The position numbers and the translations under genes are program-made. A DNA stretch of 46,718 nucleotides, counting the filler, from Catajapyx aquilonaris (taxonomy: Eukaryota), in assembly GCA_000934665.2 (NCBI GenBank). It is 2 parts of 2 records of this genome, joined end to end, with 100 filler letters (N's around TTAATTAATTAA, not from the genome) between each part and the next. Parts side by side here need not be neighbours in the genome. Positions count along the whole stretch, not along the records: positions 1 to 23,325 come from JYFJ02005705.1; 1 more part is not named here. The stretch is one strand, 5' to 3'. Positions within the stretch are counted from its first letter, which is position 1. Every line of letters begins with the position of its first letter. The notes beneath the pieces are model-generated. The model worked only from the letters and a program-made list of their open reading frames with translations, was not told the DNA's origin and did no database searches. Positions 1-12,568 of this stretch are shown in pieces.

Positions 1-890
1 GCCAGCTCACCACACACGCTCGCTAAACGCCTGTGAATATCTGTCGCTGCCACTCCTTCCGTCCACAAAAACCATGTGGTCCACCTCTGCCCGTGGTGGT
101 CTCCTGCAACGTTGTCCATGACGAGAGCTACGGGCACTACTTTCGGTGGGCACTGCGACGAGGCAACTGACACGAATGGGGTCAAATTTTCTCTGGCGCC
201 CTCAGGAAGACTCGTTCCATCTAGTGGTGAATAATGGAACTTCTAGGACCACTTCTTCAGAAGGAAAAAGAAAGAGTGTAAATTAGAAGACACGTAAAAG
301 TAGGAAAGGCAAGGAGAACAAAAATGGAACATAATTGTGTACCAATAAGGTGAGTGTTGTATGATACTAGTCTATGTTTTGTGAAGAAACATATAGTTTC
401 TTTACAAGACATACGAGGCAGAAGGTACATTTCGCTTACTTCTATAGTGTTCTATCACAACAATACCAAATACTAGTACTGCAGTTAATGATGTAGATAT
501 ATTATGTAATGATTGGTGATTGGTCATTCTAGTAGTGACCGTTACTTCATATGAAGGAAGGCGGATAAACGGCAAGTCGCGGACGGCATCACATAACAGC
601 GCGACATCATTACTTTTGCAGAATCAATAGTAGGCCTACACATATCAGGCTCCTATATACGCGTAAATACAGTATAATATGCTGTAAAGATTATTTGATG
701 TTATATAAACTATCAAGCCTCACAACCCTGACAAAGAAAATAAATTATTGGAAAGACCTTTGATCGATTCGTTGCTTAACAATATTCTTTTCAACCCTTA
801 TTGAGGGCCAATGAGAAGAGCACCACGCCTTGATGGCGTTATGTCATCACAGAGCAGAAAGGAAGAGACAGACAAAGTTGGAAGCCAACA

Positions 891-2200
891 ATGGACGTGT
901 ACGACTCCCTCCGTCCTTCTCTTCTCGCCTTCAGGGCATTGGGACTATTCCCAGTGGCCAACACCAGAAGAGGTCCATACAAGAGGAGCTGGACACTCAC
1001 TCTGTTGCCTCCGATCCTCTTCGTCGGAGTTAATCTGGCCTGGATGGTGGGTTATAACAAATGGGGAGACTACACCACGGGTGAAGCGTTTGGAGTGATA
1101 GCATTCGTCGATTTGATTAGTGTGACCTTGACCGTTGTCATGTTGTACGTCGCTCTCCAAGTCAAATTCAAACCAGCCTGTGACCTGGTGTCCCAACTGA
1201 ATGAATTTGACCAGGCAACCACAGGGAATGGAGAGGTCAACCGGAAGATAAGGATTGCCGGGTGGGCCTATGTGGCGACGTTGGTTGTCATCATTCTGGG
1301 TCAGGAAGTATCAGGGTGCCTAGCGTACTGGGAAAACTATCAGCTGACATATGAAAATATATCAGTCCCGGCATACATGTTGTTCCATATAATTCCTCAA
1401 GCCACTATCATCCAGGCGGCGTTTCTCTCCGAGTCGATCAGGCATCGTCTGGAGTCAGTTACACGTGAAATGAAAGAAGTCATTCAAACCCTTCAAGTCA
1501 CGTTTCCTCTGCGGGACAAGGACCAGGCCCCAGTTGGATGGCCAAATGTCCGACCTTTGACCCGTCTCAGCGGTGAATTCGATTACCTGTGCAAGACGGT
1601 CGCTTGCATGAACGACGCCTTCGGTTTCGCCCTGGCCGTTGTTTATCTACACTTTGTGGTAGTGGTCGTTACCACTGGGTCATATTTATTGAAGGAAAAT
1701 AACATGAGTGCCGTTACGGCATACGCGATCATTGCGACGCTTACCAAGAGCACGGTTGTGATTTTCGCCACTTGGGTGATGGACAAACTTCCATGTCAGG
1801 TAAGTGTATATGAGCTCTGTCAGGTTGTCTTAATTGGACGGCGTTATGCAATAAATTATTAAATGCCATTTTTCTTTTAATAGGCCTCATCCCTCCTGCA
1901 CGATCTTTGCATGATAGACCTGTCTAGCATCACTTGGCAGTACCAAAGGCAAATCCGTCACCTCACAACCAGGATGACATTGCATCGGGTGGAAATATCT
2001 ACCGGATTTTTTTCCATTAGAAAGAGCATAATTTCTGCGGTAAGAATATAGTGAAATATCTACATTTTACAAGTATAGCTGATATTATCCATCATGTTCC
2101 TCTACATATTGTTACCAACTTTTTTTTCTTCCAACAGATGATGTCATCAATAGTTACATATGTTATCATCATTGCTCAGTTCAGAGCTTCAGAATGGTGA
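891..2200 (+). CDS. Gustatory receptor copy 1, complete 3-exon gene (~375 aa)
   Basis: Exons 891-1799, 1884-2039 and 2138-2200 with GT..AG phase-0 introns. Multi-TM hydrophobic protein ending MMSSIVTYVIIIAQFRASEW*, i.e. the GR TM7 motif TYhhhhhQF. Confidence 0.92.
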
Positions 2201-2753
2201 TCAGAGGACACATCTCCGTACATAGTAATCAAGAAATAGTGTAAGTTTGTTATTAAGCTAAAATATAGCGACAAAAAACCGTTTGACACTTTTGTCATCA
2301 TTATGGGCGATAGTTATCCTCTCTTATCATAATTATACTTTAATTCCACACAGTTACACACAAAATTCTATTGTACTTATGCATTTGTGAAATTGTCACT
2401 TACATTTTACTCAATCCCTATTTCAAAGTTTCCCTTGGCAGTTCTCTATTGTCAACCTATAGTATTTAAATCCATGCAATCAATCAATTTTTCGCACCTT
2501 CCAGAATGGACAAACCTGGCTAAAATAATATTGAATGAACGAAATTGTTACCTATACTCAAGTGACTGATGAGAAAATACAAAAAGAACTGCTGCTGTCA
2601 TTCCCACTAAATAAATACAGGTAGTTAATCATTTTGTTGACTTTTATTGTCCAGAAGCCTTTCAACCAAGCAAGCCACGCGAATAATCAATTATTTCTAT
2701 TGCATTTGCCTTGAGCAGTTGAAGGTAATCGACTGTCGAGTTCGGAAGCAACA

Positions 2754-3659
2754 ATGGACGTGTACGACTCCCTCCGTCCTTCTCTTCTCGCCTTCAGGGC
2801 ATTGGGACTATTCCCAGTGGCCAACACAAGAAGAGGTCCGTACAAGAGGAGCTGGACACTCACCGTCTTGCCTCCGATCATCTTCGTCGGTGTTAATCTG
2901 ACTTGGATAGTGGGTTTTAAACACTGGGAACATTACACTTCGGGTGACGCTCTTGGCGTGGCTTATGCCATCGACTTGATCAATGTGATTCTGACGGTTG
3001 TTACGTTGTACGTCACCCTTCAGATCAAATTCAACCCAGTGTGTGACCTGGTGTCCAAACTGCATGAATTTGACCAGGCAACCACAGGGAATGGAGAGGT
3101 CAACCGGAAGATAAGGGTTGCTGGATGGGCCTATGTGGTGACGCTAATTGCCATCATTCTGGTCCATGAAGTCTCGGCTTACTTTGCATTCTTTTTATAC
3201 ATTCAAGCACTGGATGTGATAGCGTACATGGCCTACGAGTTGTTCTACTTCATTTCTCAAGCTACTTTCATCCAAGCAGTGTTTCTCTCCGAGTCGATCA
3301 GGCTTCGTCTGGAGTCAGTCGCATGTGACATCAGAGAAGCGATTCAAACCCTTCAAGTCACTTTTCCTCCGGTGGACAAGGTCCAGGCCCCATTTGGATG
3401 GTCAAATAACCGACCTTTGACCCGTCTCAGCGGTGAATTCGATCATCTCTGCAAGATGGTCGCCTCTGTTAACAATGCCTTCGGTTTCGCCCTGGCCATT
3501 GCTTATCTGCACTTCGTGGTGGTGGTAGTTTCCACTGGATCACTCCTGTTGCAAGTGGACAACAAAAATGCTGCAATCGCATATGAGGTCATTACAACGC
3601 TGACCAGAAGCACGGTCGTAATATTCGTAACATATGTGATGGACAAGCTTCCACACCAG
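2754..3659 (+). CDS. GR long first coding exon (copy 2), intact, no adjacent exons 2/3; probable alternative first exon
   Basis: 906-nt open frame homologous to copy 1, ending CAG|GTAAGT in phase 0. No exon-2/3 sequence seen before 8276. Confidence 0.85.
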
Positions 3660-3978
3660 GTAAGTGTATAGGCCTATTATGACTGTATAAGTTGCGTTTG
3701 GCTTCTCTTATTAGAGCTGGAGTCTTGTCTCTCTGAGATCAATAATATATTGATTGAATGTAATGAAATTTAGTACAAGGATTGGCCCATTGAGTATTCT
3801 AGGTGTGACCCTTATGTGCTGTGAATGTTTGTCTCTTCGTTTATTACAATTGACATGCTTCACACACACATTCCAATTAATGTAATGTGTTGTATAACAG
3901 ATTTTGTTGCCATAAAGCCTCACAACCGTAAAAAAAATACAATTATCGGAACGACCTTTTGATCGATTAGTTGCTTAA

Positions 3979-5119
3979 AGGGACACTCCACTCAAAATAC
4001 AAGTTGGATTCTAAAAATCGGGCAAGAAATCCTTATTCCGAGGGTATAAGCAGTTTTCCTGAGAGACGAACGGTAAGGCCATGGCGAGCCGTCAAATTTC
4101 GGAAATTCGAATCTGGCGCAAAAGAGCTGCCCGCCCGGCCCAGTCCGCTCCCTCCGCGCGCGCCGCCAACCGGGACTTGGCAGAAAATGCCTGACATCTC
4201 AGCCGTCTTTGGTCCACGCCATATTTGGTCCGCACGGGTGTCGGGTCGTGCGTTTGCGCCAATTTTGAAGGGGGTTTCCGTGGGCGGCATGCTACCTATT
4301 ACCCTGGACAGTAAATATGCTCACCACAGCACTGTTACTTTACGGGCCAGGGCTGGGCCAGGGTTTAAACTGGCTCCTGACTGTTTATGAAAGGCCCACA
4401 TCTGCTACCCAGCAGATCCAAGAACAAAGGCGACCTGCGGGCGGGGAAGGAAACTTGAGTCATGACTAAACTCTTAGCACTTGCGAAAGACATGTGTGAG
4501 TCAGCCCTTTCGAATGGGCATATCGGAGTGTACGGTACTTGGAAGCAGGCAGGATGGATGGGCAGGGAGCTCCTGATGTCGGTGCTACCGATGGTGCATT
4601 TTGTGTAGTGTGTCGGCTCCGCAGCAATGACGTCAGCCACGAGACTTATCGTCGAACTTTTTTTTTTCATTTCCGTGTCGAAAGGAACATTTGATGCGCC
4701 AATGACAAGCAGCGCTGAATACGGCTCAAATTGGTACGGGAGGAGGCCGTGCGGACTTGGGCTGGGAAGCCCTGCTGGTACGTCGCTCTCAGCAACAGCC
4801 GCCGTACCGTCAAGAAGGTGATTCGGACCTGCACGTGGACTGTCGGATTCCGCCATCTTTGAAAAATATACCACACCAAAGATCAGGGTAACCTCCATGA
4901 GTGCCGGCAACCATGTAGGGGACCCTGCCAAATTTCCGACTGTTTCTGCCCATACCCGGAAGAGGCGCTGCTCTTCTGCGCCAGATTCGAATTTCCGAAC
5001 TTTGACGGCTCGTCCTGGCCTTACCGTTCGTCTCTCTGGAAAACTGCTTATTACCCTCGGAATCAGGATTTTCTGCCGGATTTTTAGAATCCAACTTGTA
5101 TTTTGAGTGGAGTGTTCCT
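3979..5119. mobile_element. Non-autonomous DNA transposon, Kolobok/T2-MITE-like
   Basis: TTAA at 3975-3978 and 5120-5123. ~150-bp TIRs starting AGG(G/A)ACACTCCACTCAAAATACAAGTTGG. Paralogous empty sites (GTTGCTTAACAAT) near 771-783 and 17347-17359. Confidence 0.88.
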
Positions 5120-5252
5120 TTAACATTTGCTTTCCATCTGTATTGTGCCTCTCTTGAAAGGACTATACTTACCTTGCTACGTGTCATTTCCGAGAGAGTT
5201 GGCTTAGACCATAACAGTTGAAAGGAAGCAAATGTCAAGTTCGGAAGCAACA

Positions 5253-6177
5253 ATGGACGTGTACGACTCTCTCCGTCCTTCTGTGCTCGTCTTCAGGAGT
5301 TCAGGGCATTGGGACTATTCCCAGTGGCCAACACCAGAAGAGGTCCATACAAGAGGAGCTGGACACTCACTCTCTTGCCTCCGATCATCTTCGTCGGTGT
5401 TAATCTGACTTGGATCGTGGGTTACAAACACTGGGAATATTACACTTTTGGTGAAGCTTCCGGAGTGGTGGAAGCCATCGACTTGATTAATGTCACCCTG
5501 ACGGTTGTCACGTTGTACGTCACCCTTCTGGTCAAATTCAACCAAGCCTGTGACCTGGTGTCCAAACTGCATGAATTTGACCTGACAACCACAGATAATG
5601 GAGAGGTCAACCGAAAGATAAGGGTTGCTGGGTGGGCCTATGTGGTGACACTATAGTTGTCATCATTCTGGTGGAGGAAGTCTTGGGGTAGGCCTACTTC
5701 TCATTCTGGTCAGGCAATCAGGCACATTATGTGATGGTGTACCTGGCGTACGAGTTGTTCTACATCATTCCTCAAGCGACCCTCTTCCAAGCACAGTTTC
5801 TCTCCGAGTCGATCAGGCTTCGTCTGGATTCAGTCGCACGTGAAATCAGAGAAGTGATTCAGACCTTTAAAGTCACTTATCCCCCGCCGGACAAAAACCA
5901 GGCGCCACCAGTTCTATGGTCAAGTGTCCGACCTCTGACCCGTCTCAGTGGTGAATTCGATCATCTCAGCAAGATGGTCGCCGATGTCAACGACACCTAC
6001 GGTTTTCCCCTGGCCATGGTTTATCTGCACTTCGTGGTAGTGGTAGTTACTACGGGATCACTCTTACTGGAAGCTGAAAACACCACTGCTTCTGTTACAT
6101 ACGAGGTCATTACAACTCTCGCCAGAAGCACAATCATAATATTTGCGACGTGTGTGATGGACAAACTTCCACGTCAA
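5253..6177 (+). pseudogene. GR long first exon (copy 3), pseudogenised
   Basis: Homologous to the other first exons, but has an 8-nt duplication/insertion near 5290-5305 and further indel/stop lesions near 5650-5700. Donor CAA|GTAAGT retained; no own exons 2/3. Confidence 0.88.
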
Positions 6178-6224
6178 GTAAGTTAATTAAGTAATGTAAT
6201 TATTTCCGACTCATGCACGATGTA

Positions 6225-6418
6225 CACCCGCGAGCATAAAGATGGAGACGGCAGGCTGCTCTGCCAATTGCAGCTATTACGGTATCAAATATACTGTCAT
6301 AAATATACGAACACACGCCTGAAGCAGCTAACTCGGTCCAAAAAGAGTTCATTAATTTGAGTCGGATAAAGAAAGGTCAAAAAGGGGCCTGCCGTCTCCA
6401 TCTTTATGCTCGCGGGGG
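6225..6418. mobile_element. MITE with TA target duplication
   Basis: ~30-bp TIR CCCGCGAGCATAAAGATGGAGACGGCAGGC, with TA on both sides. Confidence 0.8.
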
Positions 6419-6426
6419 TACATGGA

Positions 6427-6586
6427 TATAGTCAAGGGGGTAATCACTTCTGTACTCCAGTGTACACCTGTGAGTGGTACTCCCTGGTACTCCTCAGGCA
6501 CCTCACTCTTTATTACTCCGTGGTACTCCTTGAATTTGGTACTCCAGTGTACACTTTTCAGTCGAGTGATTACCCCCTTGGATATA
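6427..6586. mobile_element. Small MITE-like element
   Basis: TIR CAAGGGGGTAATCACT / AGTGATTACCCCCTTG; interior has repeated GTACTCC motifs. Confidence 0.7.
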
Positions 6587-7112
6587 GTAGTCTACCTATA
6601 GAATAAAATTATAATGAGTGTGCACGACATTTTCTTGTTTTAATTGCGAGTTGAATGCTCCTTTTTCAAGTAGGGCTGAAAAAATCATTGTCTCTTAACG
6701 ATTCGACAAGGATAGCATAATTATGTTCGCCGTCACCATATGTGGCAGCATGGTGATCACTCATTGGTTGATTTCCTGCCAGGTTTCGCATTATACCCGT
6801 AAATATATTGATTATGCGGTGTACAAGGAGTGGTTTTGGGATATTCAAGAGGTGACCCATATTTCGCGAGAGGGTGTGTACTGTACTGTCCATCTGCAAT
6901 GTTCTGTAAAGCTGCTTTTGCTGCCGTAACGCTTCACATCTGGGACAATGACATTTATTGGAAAAACCTTTCATTGGCATGGACTTTAAAAGTTTCTTTT
7001 AGGCTTTAGTACGTGTCAATGAAGGGACACCACGCCTTGTGACTGGTCAATTTCTGACACACATGTCATTATACCAGTGGAAGGGAAGAGAGTGACGAGT
7101 TCGGAAGCAACA

Positions 7113-8586
7113 ATGGACGTGTACGACTCTCTCCGTCCTTCTCTTCTCGTCTTCAAGACATTGGGACTATTCCCAGCGGTCAACACTAGAAGAGGTCCAT
7201 ACAAGAGGAGCTGGACACTCACCATCTTGCCTCCGATCATCTTCGTCGGTGCAAACTTGGTCTGGATGTTGGGTTTTGGACACTGGGAATATTACCAATC
7301 GGGTAAAGCCACTGCAGTAATAGGGGTTATCGACATGATCAATGTCACCACATCGGTGGTGACACTCTTCGTCACGCTTCAGGTTAACTTCAGCCGAGCC
7401 TGTGACCTGGTGTCCCAACTGCATGAATTTGATCTGGCGACGACAGGGAATGCAGAGGTCAACCGGAAGATAAAGGCTGAAGGATGGGCCTATGTTGTGA
7501 CGCTAATTAGCGTCATACTGGTCCAGGAAGTCTCCATGTGTGTAGCATTTTGGTCAGGCTTTACGACAAAGGCCATGATATGGAATATGGCCTACGAGTT
7601 GTTCTACATAATTCCTCAAGTGACCCTCATCCAAGCAGTGTTTCTCACCGAGTCGATCAGGCTTCGCCTAGAGTCAGTCACACGTGACATCAGGGAAGTG
7701 ATTCAAACCCTTCAAGTCACGTTTCCTCCTCCTGACAAGGACCTGGCCCCAGTTCGATGGTCTACTGTCCGACCTTTGACCCGTTTGAGCGGTGAATTCG
7801 ATCATCTCTGCAAGATGGTGTCCTGTGTCAACGACGCCTACGGTTTCGCCTTGGCCGTTGCTTATTTGCATTATGTTGTAACTTTCGTTACAATGGGATC
7901 TATCTTGTTGGAATCGGACAACACGAGTGCTATTACTGCATTTGTGATCATTGCAGTGCTTACCAAAAGTATTGTTGTAATATTTGCGACGTGTGTGATG
8001 GGAAAACCTCCACATCAGGTAAGATTATGTAACAACACAAAAGATGTCAATAGTGGAATTGAGAATTTAGTATTATTATCAAAGACTCCGGTATGTGCAG
8101 TATACCATACACTGGGTCCGAGTAAACTAGAGTATAGACAACGTCTAACAGTGACTTATAAAGAGATACTCCACTATTGAGGATCAACATTATACAGTTA
8201 TATTAGAAGAGTCTGTAATACATGGTAACCGCCCCGTAACGCTGTAAATGAAACTAATATTATTATTCTCAACAGGCCTCATCTCTACTGCACGACCTCC
8301 GCATGATTGACCTGTCCTGCCTCACTTGGCCTGACCAAATGCAGATCCGTGACCTCACTATGAAGGTGACTTACCCCCGTGTGGAAATATATGCCGGATT
8401 TTTTTCCGTGACAAAGAGGATCATACTTGGGGTGAGGAAAAAGTTCAAGTGTTGCCTTTCATAATATGTTTCCTTGAATGATGCTCAGTATTAATGTTAG
8501 ATTTCTTTCAACAGATGCTGTCATCAATAGCAACATATTTTATCATCATAGCTCAGTTCAGAGCGTCAGAAAAATCATCACCGTAA
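7113..8586 (+). CDS. Gustatory receptor copy 4, complete (~377 aa); exons 2/3 probably shared with copy 2
   Basis: Exons 7113-8018, 8276-8431 and 8515-8586; ends MLSSIATYFIIIAQFRASEKSSP*. Confidence 0.92.
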
Positions 8587-10418
8587 ATTAGCCTTCCACA
8601 ATCATATTCATTAAGAAAATTAATTTTGCCAGTTTAAATAATGTTGTACACTTTTTTTTATTATTGGTGAGATTTGAGGTATCCACCAACATCCTTCCTT
8701 ATTCTCTTCTTTACTACATGTACATAATTATGCGTTAATTTCATTCAAAATGGGAAAAAAAATTATTATGAATCGTGCTTTCATTCATTTTCCAGGTCTA
8801 ATGAACCTGCCTTTTATTTGTACATAGAGTAGTTTTCATCTGTGAAAATTATATACATAAATATACTGTATAATAAAATGCAGTATAAAGCAAGATGATT
8901 CCATGGTAAACTGTGCCCTTCATTGCATAAACGATTAATAAATTAACATGGCAACGGTACCTAGAAATAATGTTGATTTGCGTTCGTGATGCAACAAAAA
9001 AATGAAGAGAATAATCTCCAATTCAATTTATTATATCGATGTTTGTAAGACTAATATGTAATCATTAGCTTCGAAATGGATTAAGTAAACACGCACAATC
9101 TCATCACCTATTGTTTCAGACAATGTGACATCTTCGAACTCTCTAAGTTTGTAACAATAATAGACAAGCCGTACTAAATATTGCAGGAAATGAAGAACTT
9201 ACATGTCAAACGAGTTTATTAGAGGTTGTATAAGGACCATTATCTATTTCCGCTAATTACGGCTGCATTGTAAATGAGCCCATTATGTCAGTAAAGTTCT
9301 TCAAATGTCAGAAATCCACTTAGTTGGTTAATAAATGGCTGATGAGAGATCAGAAAGCACTTGATCTCTCGTTAATATTTTTCTGTAATGACTTATTGTA
9401 CCGAAGTAATCGCTTCGGGTCCGGAAGAACCAGCCCGAGACGTCAACTTCCGTGTAGGTCATCTGAGAGATCCAGTCCCGTATCTTGTTCTCGAAGTCCA
9501 CTGCTGACAGGTCGATTCGACGAAGGTGACGAAGACCATAATGATGATGCCTGTAGACAAATGAGATCCAATGGGTCGTAAATTCAATGTTAAAAGTTAC
9601 ATGATTTTTTTTTGAGCGAAATCGAGTGACCACCCACATTGGCGCAAGCCAATTGTTCCAATAACAACGTTGCCATACAGTTGCTTCTCTGTCACGTGTT
9701 CCATTTTATTGACCTCGTAATTGCCTCACGGACTTTTTGTTGGAGTGTGGTTTTTGACCACTCTCTCCGAGACTCTCTCGGTTTGTTTCCTGGGAGGAAA
9801 ATTCCTGTCTTGTGGCCAGTGTGTATCCAACACTTGGTGGGGGCTGTTTGGGCTTGGCTCCTTGGGAGCTTGGGTTGTCCCCACGTGTTGCGTTTGTTTC
9901 CGGTAACCTGTGTACGGGGTATTTTGATACTTGTACGGTTATTACCGAAGTTTGTTTTTGGCTGTACAGGTTCTGTAACCTGTAGCCACGTGGTGGTCAA
10001 GCATTATACAGGGTGATTCTCCCTGGAAATGGAAACCCAAACATTCCTCAATAACTTTTTAACTATGGTATGGTTCCGGATGAAAATGGACGTGTAGGCT
10101 AAATATGTTGATTAGGGTTATGTGTAAGGATTGGTTTCAGTTGGGGTATTCAAGAGGTGACCTATATTTCACGAGAGGGTGTGTACTGTACTGTCCATCT
10201 GCAATGTTCTGTAAGGCTGCTTTTGTTGCCATAACCCTTCACATTTGTGACAAAGACAATTATTGGAAAAACCTTTCATTGGCATGGACTTTAAAAGTTT
10301 CTTTTAGGCTTTAGTACGTGTCAACTGAAGGGACACCACGCCTTGCGACTGGTCAATTTCTGACACATTTGCCATTATACCAGTGGAAGGGAAGGGAGTG
10401 ACGAGTTCGGAAGCAACA

Positions 10419-11873
10419 ATGGACGTGTACGACTCCCTCCGTCCTTCTCTTCTCGTCTTCAGGGCATTGGGACTATTCCCAGTGGCCAACACAAGAAGAG
10501 GTCCATACAAAAGAAGCTGGACACTCACTCTGTTGCCTCCGATCCTCTTCGTTGGTGTTAATCTGACTTGGATCGTGGGGTACAAACACTGGGAACATTA
10601 CCAATCGGGTAAAGCCACTGCAGTAATAGGGCTTATCGACATGATCAATGTCACCACATCGGTGGTGACACTCTTCGTCACGCTTCAGGTTAAATTTAGC
10701 CGAGTCTGTGACCTGGTGTCCCAACTGCATGAATTTGACTTGGCAACCACAGGGAATGCAGAGGTCAACAGGAAGATAAGGGCTGAAGGATGGGCCTATG
10801 TTGTGACGCTAATTAGCGTCATACTGGTCCAGGAAGTCTCCATGTGTGCAGCATTTTGGCCAACCTTTGCGACAAAGTCCATTATATGGATTTTTGCTTT
10901 CGAGTTGTTCTCCTTAATTCCTCAAGCGACCCTCATTCAAGCAGTCTTTCTCTCAGAGTCGATCAGGCTTCGTCTAGAGTCAGTCACACGTGACATCAGG
11001 GAAGTGATTCAAACCCTTCAAGTCACGTATCCTCCCCCGGACAAGCACCAGGCCCCATTAGGATGGTCTAGTGTCCGACCTTTGACCCGTCTCAGCGGTG
11101 AATTCGATCACCTCTGCAAGATGGTCTCCTGTGTCAACGACGCCTACGGTTTCGCCTTGGCCGTTGCTTACTTGCATTCTGTTGTAACATTCGTTACAAC
11201 GGTATCTGTCTTGTTGGAATCTTACAAGATTGCAATTACTGCATTTGTGATCATTGCAGTAATTACCAGAAGCACTGTTGTAATATTTGCGACGTGTGTA
11301 ATGGGGAAACTTCCACATCAGGTAAGATTATGTAACAACACATAAGATGTCAATAATGGAATTGAGAATTACCATTATTATCAAATTATGTGCAGTACCT
11401 TAAGCTGCGTTCCCGTAAACTACAAGAGTATAGAGAACGTCTAACAGTGACTTATAAAGAGATACTCCACTTTTGAGGATTAACATTATACAGTTATATT
11501 AGAAGAGTTTATAATACATGGTAACCGCCCCGTCATGCTGTAAATGAAACTAATATTATTATTCTCAACAGGCCTCGTCTCTACTGCACGACCTCCGCAT
11601 GGTTGACCTGTCTTGCCTCACTTGGCCTGACCAAATGCAGATCCGTGACCTCACAATGAAGGTGACATACCCTCGTGTGGAAATATATGCCGGATTTTTT
11701 TCCGTTACAAAGAGGATCATACTTGGGGTGAGGAAAAAGTTCAAGTGTTGCGTTTCATATGTTTCCTATGCTCAGTATTAATGTTAGATTTCTTTCAGCA
11801 GATGCTGTCATCAATAGCAACATATTTCATCATCATAGCTCAGTTCAGAGCGTCAGAAAAATCATCACCGTAA
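10419..11873 (+). CDS. Gustatory receptor copy 5, complete (~376 aa)
   Basis: Exons 10419-11321, 11572-11727 and 11802-11873, canonical splice sites, TYFIIIAQF motif. Confidence 0.92.
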
Positions 11874-12568
11874 ATTAGCCTTCCACAATAATATTCATTA
11901 AGAAAATTAATTGTGCCGGTTTAAATAATGTTGCACACTTTTTTTTCTTTATTATTGGTGAGGTTTGAGGTATCCACCAACATCCTTCCTTATTTTCTTC
12001 TTTGCTACTTGTAGCCTACATAATTATGCGTTAGTTTCATTCAGAAGCGGAACAAAAAATTCATTTGCATCGTGCTTTCATTCAATTACCACTTCCTTGC
12101 CACTTCTAATGAACCTGCCTTTTATTTGTACATAGATTTCAACAGTGAAAATGATATACATAAAGATACTGTAAAATAAAATGCAGTATAAAGCAAAATG
12201 ATTCCATGGTAAACTAAAACGTGCCCTTCCTTGCAAAAAGGATTAATAAGTTAACTTGGCAAAGGTACCTTGAAATAATGTTGATTTGCTGTCGTGACGC
12301 AACAAAGAGAATGAAGAGAATAATCTCCACACCTGTGGTTGTACGTAATATGCAAACCTGTGACTAACTATCGAATAAAGCTGAGATAAAATCCACCCAA
12401 GCTGAAAATAAGTGTCTGATGATATATCAGAAGACGCTTTGTCTGTCATTCTTATTTTCGTAATTATGAATTTTTCAAGATTAGTAAGAGTTCCTACTAT
12501 TGTTTGCTTCAGACATCAATAAAATGAAGACTCTTCAAGTAGTGTGATACTGAGCATGGTGTACTGTG

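Noticed and set aside
3971..5253. ORFs of 139, 253 and 147 aa in the MITE
   Set aside because: They start in the TIRs or flank and show no recognisable transposase motifs.
7077..7112. N-terminal extension MEGKRVTSSEAT from a GTG start (also copies 5, 7, 8)
   Set aside because: Non-ATG start from the ORF caller; the conserved ATG is at MDVYDS.
8019..8180. Extended C-termini of GR ORFs such as VRLCNNTKD...
   Set aside because: Read-through into intron 1 past a conserved donor.
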